Of a DNA stretch of 64,000 nucleotides, positions 1-9,253 are shown one piece after another. Source of the stretch: Bdellovibrionales bacterium (GTDB lineage Bacteria; Bdellovibrionota; Bdellovibrionia; Bdellovibrionales; JAUICD01); NCBI GenBank assembly GCA_965262715.1, contig OZ253553.1, forward strand, positions 1,184,001 through 1,248,000. The letters run 5' to 3'. The notes beneath the pieces are model-generated. The model searched no databases, had not been told where the DNA came from, and worked only from the letters and a program-made list of their open reading frames with translations. Numbering within the stretch: the stretch's first letter is position 1; every line of letters begins with the position of its first letter. The position numbers and the translations under genes were made by a program.

Positions 1-403
1 AGTCTTCAGTGTTTATCATGGTATTAGCATTACTTGGATTGCTTGGAACTGGCGGACCATCATAATCTGATAAATTGGTAGGTAATGTATTGCCTTGTAC
101 CCAATTACCCGGATCTTTTGTAACTAAAGCATTGAAGCCTGTTTTATATTGAACGTCACCACTTGGTGAAAAGCCTAATTGTATAAAGTTTGATGTTGAA
201 TATCCCCATTCAGAATTAAAAGCTATACTTGAAGTGTATATACCACCTAATATTAACTTAGGTTCAATTTGTCTGGCCTTCCTTTGATACCTTTGGTAGT
301 TAGGTATGGCAATACTAGTTAGTATACCTATGATGACAACTACAACCATTATCTCAGTGAGTGAAAATCCTTTTTGATTGAATCTATTTTTTACTTTTTT
401 CAT
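1..403 (-). CDS. Type IVa pilin paralog, 3'-truncated by the window edge (not in ORF track)
   Basis: Manual translation from ATG at 403: MKKVKNRFNQKG|FSLTEIMVVVVIIGILTSIAIPNYQRYQRKARQIEPK, a prepilin G|FxxxE motif; strongly similar to the N-terminus of 1640..2428. Confidence 0.9.
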   Translation of the reverse strand, partial: MKKVKNRFNQKGFSLTEIMVVVVIIGILTSIAIPNYQRYQRKARQIEPKLILGGIYTSSIAFNSEWGYSTSNFIQLGFSPSGDVQYKTGFNALVTKDPGNWVQGNTLPTNLSDYDGPPVPSNPSNANTMINTED

Positions 404-422
404 AAGCATCTACCTGTTTTAA

Positions 423-887
423 TCATAAAGAGGCTATCACTTTGCCACAGAATATATTAAATAATTGGTTGTCTATTGCTTTACATTTAAGCGGTTGATC
501 GTTTTCTAAAGTGACTTTTAAAGAGCAATTATAAACTCTATACTGCTTAAATTTGTATTTACTCGATAGATTGTTACAGACCTTCAAAATTTCTTTACCT
601 CTAAGTAGAGCACATGATTTTTGACATATATTAATAAAGGTTGCATTGTCTCCTATGGTATTTGCTTTTTCTATATAGTCTGTATTTGGTCTATAATTGG
701 CATAGAAGTAATATTGTGCAGCTTCAGTATCTTGCTTAAGATGTGTGGATAAAAACTTCTGATTTGCCTCCTGTGTATCTTTATAAAATTTAAGCCTTGC
801 ATTGTTTACAAGTAATCCTAGTAAACCAATAATAACAATTGCTAGTAAGTAAAGTAATCTTCTAGGACTTGTTTTCTTTAGTTTCAT
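423..887 (-). CDS. Hypothetical membrane-anchored protein, Cys-containing, in pilin locus
   Basis: 154 aa ORF, N-terminal hydrophobic helix, several Cys. Confidence 0.6.
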   Translation of the reverse strand: MKLKKTSPRRLLYLLAIVIIGLLGLLVNNARLKFYKDTQEANQKFLSTHLKQDTEAAQYYFYANYRPNTDYIEKANTIGDNATFINICQKSCALLRGKEILKVCNNLSSKYKFKQYRVYNCSLKVTLENDQPLKCKAIDNQLFNIFCGKVIASL

Positions 888-931
888 TTTTTATTTCCTC
901 AATAAGATCAAGAATAGAATCTCGTAGTTAT

Positions 932-1192
932 CTATTCTTTCCCCTTCTGAGTTATTTCCCATATACTTGCGTTTTTCTCGCTTAACAACTTCTTTACCTT
1001 TTCTTCTTTTTCTAATAGTCGTAATATGCTGTATGTTATCCAATTCTCATGTTCTATGTTATGGGCCCCTGTTTTTTGACTTATCTCCGCTTGTTTAAGA
1101 GGCTTTCCCTCATTCTCTAAAACACGCAATATAGCAATTTTTAGTAACTTTTCAGCAATATCAACAAGGTCCCTACTTAAATTCGACATCAT
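932..1192 (-). CDS. Small winged-helix-like DNA-binding protein
   Basis: 86 aa; AILRVLENEGKPLKQAEISQKTG...YSILRLLEKEEKV wHTH-like pattern; GGAG RBS upstream. Confidence 0.55.
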   Translation of the reverse strand: MMSNLSRDLVDIAEKLLKIAILRVLENEGKPLKQAEISQKTGAHNIEHENWITYSILRLLEKEEKVKKLLSEKNASIWEITQKGKE

Positions 1193-1339
1193 CTCACTCC
1201 TTTATTTTTCAATGTTATAATTCATTGCGTGTCATACCTTTTTACCTGTTTCATGTTTCACTTCTATTTGTTTTAAGAAACCCACGCTGTGTGAAAGGGA
1301 ATAGCCTTTAAAACAATGTGGGTAATTTAACGATTTAAT

Positions 1340-1579
1340 TTATAAACTCACTGGTTTTAATGCTTTATGTCCCTGATATTTATCTTCACAAGCTCTTATT
1401 TTCTTTTCTAGAAAATTCATTCTTTTACTTAAATGCATATCCGTCCTAGCTTGAATGCTTGACAATGCATATAGATGTGAAAAAACTTTCATGCCTAAAA
1501 TACTTCCTATGCCTAAAGAGATAGTGACAGCGATGACAAGCTCTAATAAATAAACTCTTTTAAATTTTAAGCTTGTCAT
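1340..1579 (-). CDS. Small pilin-like protein (degenerate prepilin N-terminus)
   Basis: RVYLLELVIAVTISLGIG resembles a pilin alpha-1 helix with E5 but lacks the canonical G|F. Confidence 0.4.
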   Translation of the reverse strand: MTSLKFKRVYLLELVIAVTISLGIGSILGMKVFSHLYALSSIQARTDMHLSKRMNFLEKKIRACEDKYQGHKALKPVSL

Positions 1580-1604
1580 AAAAATCCCCTTTAATTAAAA
1601 AAAT

Positions 1605-1636
1605 AAAGCCCATGTGGTTTAAGACATGGGTTTTTT
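1605..1636 (-). terminator. Intrinsic terminator downstream of the major pilin gene
   Basis: aaagcccatgt-ggtttaag-acatgggtttt hairpin flanked by A/T tracts right after the stop at 1640. Confidence 0.7.
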
Positions 1637-1639
1637 ATA

Positions 1640-2428
1640 TTAATCAACACCATTTTTAAGATTAATTAAATTTTTTGATTCATCCATGATCCATTGATCA
1701 TCTTGAGTGCCACCAATATTCCCTATTGAACCAATAGTAAAAGTAACCGTGTTTCTAGCAACATTGTTAACACCAGGCCCACTTATACCACATCCTGCAG
1801 CTGCTACTCCAGAAGGGTTTATTTTAGATGGTAGACAAGCCGGAGGAGTAGTACCTAAGGTTAAAGCACATTTTGTGTTAGCATTACCCGGCGCTTTACA
1901 TCCACCCTTAATTGTGTCTGCTTTTAGTACCACACCCTTAACATTCTTAGATGCCCCTAAAGGAACTGTGCAACCTGGAGAATTACTTCCAACAAATGTA
2001 CTAATACTACCAGGATCAGTTACTGTACAAACATGAAAAGTAGTAATATCAGCGGGAATAGATGCCTTTGGACCTGTATAACCAGGAGGTCTAGCCAGAA
2101 GATTTATATCTATACCAGCCGTACCATTGGTCCCAGTCGCACTATCAAATCCTGTTAAATACTGAATTTGACCACCTGGAGTAAATCCAATTTGTAATAA
2201 ATTCGGTGAACCTAAACCATACTCTGCTATAAAAGTTGTCTCTGCTGTGTATATACTAGCTAGCATTGTCTTTGGTTCTGTCTGCCTCGCTCTACGCTGA
2301 AACTTTTGATAATTTGGTATTGCAATCGCAGCTAAGATACCTATGATCGCCACCACAACCATCAACTCAACTAATGAAAACCCTTTTTGGTTTTTCATTT
2401 TATTATATTTTCTTAAAAACTTTTTCAT
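1640..2428 (-). CDS. pilA: Type IVa major pilin (PilA-like) with long Cys-rich variable C-terminus
   Basis: QKG|FSLVELMVVVAIIGILAAIAIPNYQKF canonical type IVa prepilin N-terminus. Confidence 0.9.
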   Translation of the reverse strand: MKKFLRKYNKMKNQKGFSLVELMVVVAIIGILAAIAIPNYQKFQRRARQTEPKTMLASIYTAETTFIAEYGLGSPNLLQIGFTPGGQIQYLTGFDSATGTNGTAGIDINLLARPPGYTGPKASIPADITTFHVCTVTDPGSISTFVGSNSPGCTVPLGASKNVKGVVLKADTIKGGCKAPGNANTKCALTLGTTPPACLPSKINPSGVAAAGCGISGPGVNNVARNTVTFTIGSIGNIGGTQDDQWIMDESKNLINLKNGVD

Positions 2429-2611
2429 GATAAGAACCCCCTATTTCATAAAAAATAAATATTGTCTAAAATAATAAATTTAAATTTCCTCTACCTTTTT
2501 TCTCTTCATCTATCTCTAGCTGCTTAAAAATTTGAAAGAAAATATGACCAAAAATATCAAAAATGTAAGTCTTCAAAGACACATCAAAAGACCAGATTCT
2601 AACTCAACTGG

Positions 2612-2639
2612 ACTGTAACTTACGTACATAAGTTACAGT
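2612..2639. repeat. 28-bp palindromic site A (11-bp arms, 6-bp core)
   Basis: actgtaactta-cgtaca-taagttacagt. Confidence 0.95.
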
Positions 2640-2718
2640 GGTGCACCCTTAAAATCATTGATGTTTTTGGTCATTTTCCCTACCAATGACCATCAATGAA
2701 AAACCCTTTCAATTAACC

Positions 2719-2745
2719 ATATCGGTATTTATTTCAATAACTTAA
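2719..2745 (-). promoter_or_regulatory. Sigma-28 (FliA)-like promoter facing pilA
   Basis: Minus strand TTAAGTTA-N11-ACCGATAT versus consensus TAAAGTTT-N11-GCCGATAA. Confidence 0.55.
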
Positions 2746-2746
2746 T

Positions 2747-2774
2747 ACTGTAACTTATGTACGTAAGTTACAGT
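2747..2774. repeat. 28-bp palindromic site B, exact reverse complement of site A
   Basis: actgtaactta-tgtacg-taagttacagt. Confidence 0.95.
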
Positions 2775-2936
2775 GCTAAGTAGTTGAAATCATTGAAGTA
2801 CTAGACTGTCTAGTCTAGTATTAAGACAACATTTAAGTTGAGAAATTTATAAAGTTGTTGCGAATTGATAAAATGTTTGTATCTAACCAAAACAACTTCT
2901 TATATTTTCATTTTAGCGAAAGAAAAACGCAAGGAA

Positions 2937-3097
2937 GTTTTCCTTAACATTATGTTAAATAAGAAGAGGTATCTGCCTTACTAAAAATAAATAGATTTTT
3001 GAGACAATGAGTATTTTATGAGAGTATTAGCCGTCATGCTCATTGTCCAAAAATGGCCAGAGGCTCGCCTCGAGAGGCCAGTTTATTTTTAGTGAAA
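2937..3097 (+). repeat. Structured repeat element, copy 1
   Basis: ttccttaacattatgttaa head; stems tactaaaaataaa/tttatttttagtg, gacaatgagtat/atgctcattgtc, tggcc...ggcca. Confidence 0.75.
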
Positions 3098-3361
3098 GCA
3101 ATTGCAGATTGATAAAACATCTGTCTCTCAACAGAACAACTTCCTCTATTTGTATCTTAATAGAATTAAAATACAACAAAAGATACCTTTAAAATAGCTA
3201 GTATATAGTAGAATAAAGTATTTTATATAATTCTGTCTCCTGAAGCATTGGCGAGAGGTCAATCAGAAGTCTGCCATAACTCTAAATTACTATCTTAGGC
3301 TAAGTTCAAATAGTAGACATGGAAATGGTTTAATTACTTTTGGATCAGCCCATGGACCGGG

Positions 3362-3410
3362 GGTGGATTCAATTCGTAAGTGCAACTCTTTTGTATTTAT
3401 AGATATTTTT
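3362..3410 (+). mobile_element. Solo IS30-family terminal repeat (left-end tip joined to right-end interior)
   Basis: ggtggattcaattcgtaagtgcaactcttttgtatttatagatattttt matches the ends of the IS30 at 5102..6439. Confidence 0.75.
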
Positions 3411-3497
3411 AAGTGCATGTTGATATTAGACTTTGTAGCATTAAAAATGCTCTGCTATCTCTCTTTGAGGGTTATTATTTAAATACTTCTTGGTAGG

Positions 3498-3923
3498 TTA
3501 AGCGGCTGTGTCAAAGTGCGACTCTATATTTAGAGATCTTAATAATTCTTGTAAAGTATTAAGTGACAAGTTTGTTTTTAAAGAAGCTTCTAATTTAGCA
3601 TAAGTTTGTTGAGTTATGCCAAGTTTTTTTGCAATTTGAGTTTGAGATAGCCTTTTTTGTTTTCTTTTTCTTTTCAAAACAATGGCTAATGATATTTGAA
3701 AATCAACCATTATTGGATAAAAATTCTTGCCCTTTCTCTGCTTAGGATAAGGGATATTAAGATTACGGTCACAACAGGAAGCCAACCATCCGTTGAGGGC
3801 TTCCGATGCATTCTCCTTTGCTTTAGTAAGAGTTTTTCCTTCAGTAAAACACCCTTCAAGTTCAGGAAAGTCAACAAGGTATGATTTATCTTTTTGTTGA
3901 GTGATACGAGTAAAATATTTCAT
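3498..3923 (-). CDS. hicB: HicB family antitoxin with C-terminal HTH
   Basis: YLVDFPELEGCFTEGKTLTKAKENASEAL HicB motif plus XRE-type HTH; overlaps hicA. Confidence 0.9.
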   Translation of the reverse strand: MKYFTRITQQKDKSYLVDFPELEGCFTEGKTLTKAKENASEALNGWLASCCDRNLNIPYPKQRKGKNFYPIMVDFQISLAIVLKRKRKQKRLSQTQIAKKLGITQQTYAKLEASLKTNLSLNTLQELLRSLNIESHFDTAA

Positions 3924-4141
3924 TTCTTTTTAATCCCTATTTTTTTTAAATCTTTCTTTTTAATCTCCGCTTCTTTTAAAATTTTGCTTTCTAATCCCTT
4001 ACCTAAGGATTTATTTCCATGGACAGGTACAGGGATTGTTTTCTTCCCTTTTGCCATAATATGGTGACTTCCTCTAGTTCTTACATGTTTCCAGTCACAT
4101 TTCTTTAACAATGCGACAATAATTCTTCCGGCTAAAGGCAT
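3920..4141 (-). CDS. hicA: HicA family mRNA interferase toxin
   Basis: RTRGSHHIM...VPVHGNKSLGKG HicA signature. Confidence 0.9.
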   Translation of the reverse strand: MPLAGRIIVALLKKCDWKHVRTRGSHHIMAKGKKTIPVPVHGNKSLGKGLESKILKEAEIKKKDLKKIGIKKK

Positions 4142-4147
4142 ATTTTT

Positions 4148-4176
4148 ATATTACAAGTTTTAATCTATATTGTCAA
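4148..4176 (-). promoter_or_regulatory. Sigma-70 promoter of hicAB
   Basis: Minus strand TTGACA-N17-TAATAT. Confidence 0.65.
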
Positions 4177-4282
4177 ATATGGAACAGCAAGTATCCAAAT
4201 AGATGAATTATCTCAGAATATCTGTTACTGAGAGTTTAATAATGAATAGAAAAAAATAAGTCATAAAGAAATTAAAAGACTA

Positions 4283-4945
4283 GTGTCAAAGGTTGTTGTT
4301 GATTGTAAAAAATTAGCAGATAACTATGTTAAAAATTGGAACCCTGTAAATAAAAAATGGCCAACAATTGAAGGAGCAGTTTATTTAAGACTTTCTGATG
4401 ACACACAAGTAGCCGTAGAACATGGATCATTGGAACAACAAATTCACATTGCCATACACGAACTACTTCTAAACATATTAAAGAAAGCAATCACTCTGCT
4501 TTAATAACATCCGGCAAGTTTAATAGTGACTTTCCATTATTGGGATTTGATATCATTAAAAATGAACATGGAGAAAGTACTGGGGTTTATAAACCAAATC
4601 GTAAGGAATTAAAGCAAGTTGAATGGATTATGAAATCTTTTCTTCATACTGATAAGTACAAAACATTGCTTAATTACTGTAAGGAAAGGAATATCAAAAA
4701 CAAAAAAAATAAAGAGCAAGAATTGATGAAAGAAAGAGATCAACTCTAGTTACTTCAAAAACAGCTTTCTAATGTACAAAGCTTTGATTTTAATGAGAAA
4801 TATCTTAAAAATATAGTCAAAGCTCTTAATTATATTCATAAAAATGACCTGGTTTCTCTTAGATCTGTCTATCATAATCTATTTCAAAAGATCATTGTTC
4901 AACCTCTGGATGAATCAAAAATACAGCTTAAATTTGTCTTCAAAG
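4283..4945 (+). pseudogene. Large serine recombinase remnant (internally deleted, with stops)
   Basis: AVYLRLSDDTQ...GSLEQQ catalytic motif; LGFD...KPNRKELKQVEWIM recombinase-domain piece; coiled-coil and LFQKIIV C-terminal piece. Confidence 0.75.
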
Positions 4946-5241
4946 TGAGCCACTTCCATCTCGACATGCTGCTATTAAACCTTGCTTGATTCCATGGCTA
5001 TGAGCTGTTCCAAAAGTTACAAGACCATTGCCAGATAAATCTAGGATAGATTGAACAGCTGCTGCATCACGTGGTGAAATTAACGATAAAATATTATTAT
5101 TCGTAACTTCAAATCGCAAGTGCAACTCTTTTGTGTTTATAGATATTTTTAAAAGTTGTATCACTTTAGGATTAATATTCCAACAAAGTTTTAATTATCA
5201 TGAAAGATTATAGTAAATTATTTAATTTGAATGAATGTATT

Positions 5242-5317
5242 TTGATGTTTATGGCAAAGTCTCGTAGTCCTCGAGCTAAAGCTCTGCGGAAGAACGATCC
5301 TTTGCCATAAACATCAA
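5242..5317. repeat. 18-bp perfect inverted repeat hairpin in the IS30 3' non-coding tail
   Basis: ttgatgtttatggcaaag ... ctttgccataaacatcaa with internal gagctaaagctc palindrome. Confidence 0.85.
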
Positions 5318-5386
5318 GCTGTCAAATAAGCATTTTCAGAAGTTATTATATATAAGTAAAATTAAATGGATAAACTATGAATAACT

Positions 5387-6340
5387 TCAGCAAACCATCT
5401 TTTGTCTATGAAACTCATTAGGAGTTAGAAAACCTAAACTCTTTCGAGGGCGATGGTTTAAAAGAGACTCAACCTTTTTTACATCCTTAGAGGTGACTTC
5501 TCTAAAATCTGTCTTCTTTGGAAAATACTGACGGATTAAACCATTCGTGTTCTCATTTAAACCTCTCTGATATGAACTGTAAGGATGTGCAAAATAAACT
5601 TTACATCCAGTATATTCACTGATCTTCTCATGACACGAAAACTCTTTACCATTATCCAAAGTCATTGTATGAACAACCTCTCCTTTAAGAGCTTTAGAAA
5701 TAGCATGAAAAACTGCCTCAGATCTCTTAGATTCTATTTTGACAATCCTCGTCTTCTTAGAACATCTATCTACCAGCGTGACTAAAGCTCCTTTATGATG
5801 TCTACCTATCATTAGATCACCTTCCCAGTCTCCTATCCGAAGCTTCTTATCTACTATCTTAGGCCTTTTATCAATGCTCACTCTATTCTTTATCTGACCC
5901 CTTTTATCAAATCTACTTGTACCATATCGCTTCTTGCGTTGCCTCTGACATCTTAAAAATTTGTAGAGATCTCCTCCTGATTGCTTATCTCCAAGAATAT
6001 GCTGATAAATACTCTCATGACTTATAGACAAACCTTCTCGTTTAAGAAAACCGGATATCTGTTCCGGACTCAAACGATCACGAAGAAACCTCTCAAGCTT
6101 ATTAATGACTTTTTGTGTTATCTTTATATGTCTATGAGAGTTTTGAAGACGATCGACTGCTTTTTCATGGGCTTGTTGAGGACGATAACCTCGCAAGCCT
6201 TTGTTACGATTCAATTCCCTATATATGGTGCTTTTATCTCGACCTACCTGAGTAGCAATTGAACTTATTGATTTTCCACTTTGCAAAAAAGCTAAAATCT
6301 GGTATCTCTCATGTTGGGTTAGATGAGTGTAATTGCTCAT
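5387..6340 (-). CDS. IS30 family DDE transposase
   Basis: N-terminal HTH; GDWEGD, TLDNGKEF, YFAHPYSSYQRGLNENTNGLIRQYFPK motifs. Confidence 0.97.
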   Translation of the reverse strand: MSNYTHLTQHERYQILAFLQSGKSISSIATQVGRDKSTIYRELNRNKGLRGYRPQQAHEKAVDRLQNSHRHIKITQKVINKLERFLRDRLSPEQISGFLKREGLSISHESIYQHILGDKQSGGDLYKFLRCQRQRKKRYGTSRFDKRGQIKNRVSIDKRPKIVDKKLRIGDWEGDLMIGRHHKGALVTLVDRCSKKTRIVKIESKRSEAVFHAISKALKGEVVHTMTLDNGKEFSCHEKISEYTGCKVYFAHPYSSYQRGLNENTNGLIRQYFPKKTDFREVTSKDVKKVESLLNHRPRKSLGFLTPNEFHRQKMVC

Positions 6341-7278
6341 GGAATACTCCTTTCATTATTTAAAGAGATTGATTAGAGTATTCCTCTAACCCGCTTTAAA
6401 TAACTATGCAAGGAGTTGCACTTGCAACTTGAATCCACCATTTACTCTTATCAACCTTCTCATGTTTAGACGAGTTATAGTAGGACCTTTTGGAAATCCA
6501 AGATTATCCAGAAAGCTTTCAAATTCACTCTCTGAAATCAGAAGACTTCTAATATTCATATCTTCCATAAAAGATAAAGTTGCTGAATATTGAGCATCTG
6601 TAACGTAAGCGTCTTTCCTAATAAGTCCTCTCAAATACTTAAATTGGCTTATATTATCAATTGTTTCTTTTTTCAAATCCTCATCATCTAATGGAAATAT
6701 TCCAACCCTATGAAAATCTTCTGGATGAGTTACTCGAGCAATGGCATAAGCCTCAAACACAAGAAAAAGTAATGGATCTGTTTTATTGGAACTTCATTCT
6801 GATGATTGATTCAAATTTGTGTTTACCCTATCTCGAGCTCTTAAATAACGATCATTTGCATTATCAATATCAGCAGTATCCGTTTCAATATGCTCAATGT
6901 CAATCCAGTCTATCTTTCCAGATTTAGCCAGTTCTGTGATTTTTTGAGCATCAGATTGCTCAGAGACAATCGTCCCTTGATAGTCTTCAAGCAATTGATT
7001 TAAATAAGCCGCAGTCTCTTCTGTTTCATAATTTCTTTCAAAAACATCCACAACTTCATTAGGCTCAATAGTTAGATGTTCTGTAAATAAAGTATATACT
7101 TGCCGATCACCTATCTGAATGACTTCAACACCTTCAATGTCTGAGTTAGAAAAAATACAAGCTTCTGTCTGAGCAAGCACTGACTGATAACTCAACAAAC
7201 TCACCATATAAAAATTTCCTAGAACTCATAGTAAATACCTCCTTTATCTTGCATGCTGTATAATATTACAAATTATAA

Positions 7279-7293
7279 GCAATATACATACCA
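7279..7293 (-). promoter_or_regulatory. Sigma-54-like promoter of the disrupted secreted-protein gene
   Basis: Minus strand TGGTATGTATATTGC (-24 GG / -12 GC). Confidence 0.5.
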
Positions 7294-7375
7294 AGTAAAT
7301 GAATGTAATAATTTTCTTAAACAAATATGATCTTATAAGTTTATAATACCTTAAGGTGCCATGAACCATAATTAC

Positions 7376-7495
7376 TTCAAAAGATCATTGTCCAACCTCT
7401 GGATGAATTAGAAATACAGCTTAAATTTGTCTTCAAAGAAGACCCTTCAATCTCTCGCATGTATGAAGACTTTTATTGTATATCGAGAAAGCTAA
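7376..7495 (+). pseudogene. Second copy of the serine recombinase 3' end
   Basis: Near-identical to 4882-4945; its continuation also matches 21077-21130. Confidence 0.7.
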
Positions 7496-7503
7496 AAAAA
7501 ATA

Positions 7504-7745
7504 TTTCCTTAACATTATGTAAAAAAAGAAGAGTATCTGTCTACTCAAAATAAACAGATGGCAAGGATAAAGTTTCCCTAACATTGTGTTAAGAAATAAG
7601 GATATCCTCCCTACTAAAATGCATTAGGCTTTCTAGGCAGTAAGCTATTTGCCGACAGCGTAAGCCTGTCGGGCTTACTGCCAGAAAGTGACCAGAGGTC
7701 AGATGCATTTTAGGGAAACAGAAGGCTGGTTTATTTTGAGTGAGA
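7504..7745 (+). repeat. Structured repeat element, nested pair (inner copy 7572..7719)
   Basis: Inner copy bounded by gtttccctaa/ttagggaaac; stems ctaaaatgcat/atgcattttag, ctttctaggcagtaagc/gcttactgccagaaag; outer stem actcaaaataaac/gtttattttgagt. Confidence 0.8.
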
Positions 7746-8192
7746 TTGGTGGACGCTGGCCTTCTATGGGCAAAAAACGTACTCAAACAGAAATATCTCA
7801 AAAATTACCTCTCAATAAGAGAAATTGCAAAGAAATTTTCGTGCTCAAAAACCAAAATCAGAGACCTGCTTTTAAAATACGAAATCCCATTAAGAAAACC
7901 TTCAAAATACCATCAAGGATATGATAGTCGCACTTATGGTAAGAAAAAGGTGAATGGTAAAACAGTAGATCACAAAAGAGAATTAAAAACCATTGAAACC
8001 ATCAAAGAGCTTTATCTCAAAGATATCAATCCGAATATGATAGCTAAAGTATTAAGCACTATGAAAATACCCACTAAACAGCAAAAAACAAGCTGGCATC
8101 ATCATACAATTATCAATCTTCTTAAAAGAGAAGGTCTTTATAAGCAAGAAAAAACCAACAAGTTAGGAGGGAATAATGGAAACATTTATTAA
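7740..8192 (+). CDS. HTH plus recombinase-domain-like small protein of an integrative element
   Basis: LSIREIAKKFSCSKTKIR HTH; YGKKKVNGKTV...IAKVLSTMKIPTK...SWHHHTIINLL resembles the LSR recombinase domain. Confidence 0.6.
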   Translation: MRLVDAGLLWAKNVLKQKYLKNYLSIREIAKKFSCSKTKIRDLLLKYEIPLRKPSKYHQGYDSRTYGKKKVNGKTVDHKRELKTIETIKELYLKDINPNMIAKVLSTMKIPTKQQKTSWHHHTIINLLKREGLYKQEKTNKLGGNNGNIY

Positions 8193-8352
8193 ATTTATTA
8201 TTATAAATACATCATTGATATTTGGATCAGGTTATTGTGCTAAGGAGCTTTTATTCAAAGTTGAAAAACTAGCTACTAATAGGATAGAAAAAGGGCTTTC
8301 ATCATCAGAGCAATTTGCTAGAAAACTCACTAACACAAGATTATCTTTCTGA
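8176..8352 (+). CDS. Small hypothetical protein (58 aa, not in ORF track)
   Basis: AGGAGG RBS then METFIKFIIINTSLIFGSGYCAKELL... Confidence 0.4.
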   Translation: METFIKFIIINTSLIFGSGYCAKELLFKVEKLATNRIEKGLSSSEQFARKLTNTRLSF

Positions 8353-8596
8353 TGATTTAAAAAATAAGAATGGCACTTATTATAATAATAAATAGAGATA
8401 GATTTGGGTTTTTATTAACTTGTATAGTGTTTTAAAAGCTCTTGTATTTTTTATATATCTTGGAAAAGTTATCGATACTATTTAATAGTTTTAAAAATTC
8501 ATTATTCATGCCCTTAACTAAGCCAATCAATACATACACATACATTAAACAGAGTTGGATATGCCTAAAAGACGGGACATTCGTTTTGTCTCTAAA

Positions 8597-8642
8597 GTTC
8601 CATCTTGTCGGTATATATTGACAAATACCTACATTTTGGAAC
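8597..8642 (+). promoter_or_regulatory. abiE promoter with inverted-repeat operator
   Basis: gttccatcttgtcggtat / atacctacattttggaac imperfect IR around TTGACA (8618-8623); AbiEi proteins autoregulate via promoter IRs. Confidence 0.5.
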
Positions 8643-8653
8643 ATTATTATTCT

Positions 8654-9253
8654 ATGGAGAGCCAGAGCCAAATAATCATAGATCTTGCTCATTCCCGTGG
8701 GCTTATCCGTCCTCGAGACCTTACTGAGCGTGGATTGCCTCGTGTTATTCTCACTCGTCTAGTACGTCAAGGGTTACTCATTCGAGTGGGAAGGGGCCTT
8801 TATGCTTTACCCAATAGACCTGTGACAGAAAATATGTCTTTAGCTGAAGTTTCTCGTAAATATCCACAAGGTATAATATGCTTGTTGTCAGCATTACGTG
8901 TACATGAACTAACCACCCAATCCCCGTTTAAAGTTTGGTTAGCTATTCCTAACAAAGCCAGATCTCCAAAAATGGAATATCCACCTCTACATATTGTGCG
9001 TTTTTCTGGAGCAGCTCTCATTGAAGGTATTGATGAACATCAGATTGAGAGTGTTTCTGTACGTATTACCAACATCGCTCGTACAGTAGCTGATTGTTTC
9101 AAGTACAGAAATAAAATTGGCCTTGATGTTGCGCTTGAGGCTTTAGAAGAAGCATGGAATAGTAAACGCACTAATATGGATGAACTTTGGCATTATGCCT
9201 CAGTATGTCGAGTAGCTAATATTATGCGTCCTTACTTAGAGAGTCTAACATGA
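8654..9253 (+). CDS. abiEi: Type IV TA antitoxin AbiEi
   Basis: wHTH (LTRLVRQGLLIRVGRGLY), IICLLSAL, ARTVADCFKYRNKIGLDVALEAL; likely start 8654 (track ORF opens at 8555). Confidence 0.9.
   Translation: MESQSQIIIDLAHSRGLIRPRDLTERGLPRVILTRLVRQGLLIRVGRGLYALPNRPVTENMSLAEVSRKYPQGIICLLSALRVHELTTQSPFKVWLAIPNKARSPKMEYPPLHIVRFSGAALIEGIDEHQIESVSVRITNIARTVADCFKYRNKIGLDVALEALEEAWNSKRTNMDELWHYASVCRVANIMRPYLESLT

Larger units (their letters stand above)
5102..6439 (-). mobile_element. Complete IS30-family insertion sequence with 3-bp ATT target duplication
   Basis: Imperfect IRs cgtaacttcaaatcgcaagtgcaact and agttgcacttgcaacttgaatccacc; ATT at 5099-5101 and 6440-6442. Confidence 0.9.
4940..7229 (-). pseudogene. 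Secreted protein gene broken by frameshifts and by IS30 insertion
   Basis: Fragments 6794..7207, 6440..6760 and 4940..5101; ...RRLIRVN joins in frame to NNILSLISPRD... once the IS and one ATT copy are removed. Confidence 0.65.

Noticed and set aside
1..2428. Diversity-generating retroelement acting on the pilins
   Set aside because: No reverse transcriptase and no TR/VR pair differing only at adenines seen
2933..2960. Possible dif site (exact XerD-like arm TTATGTTAAAT)
   Set aside because: No XerC-like arm at 6-bp spacing; the motif is the palindromic head of the repeat element and varies in the other copies
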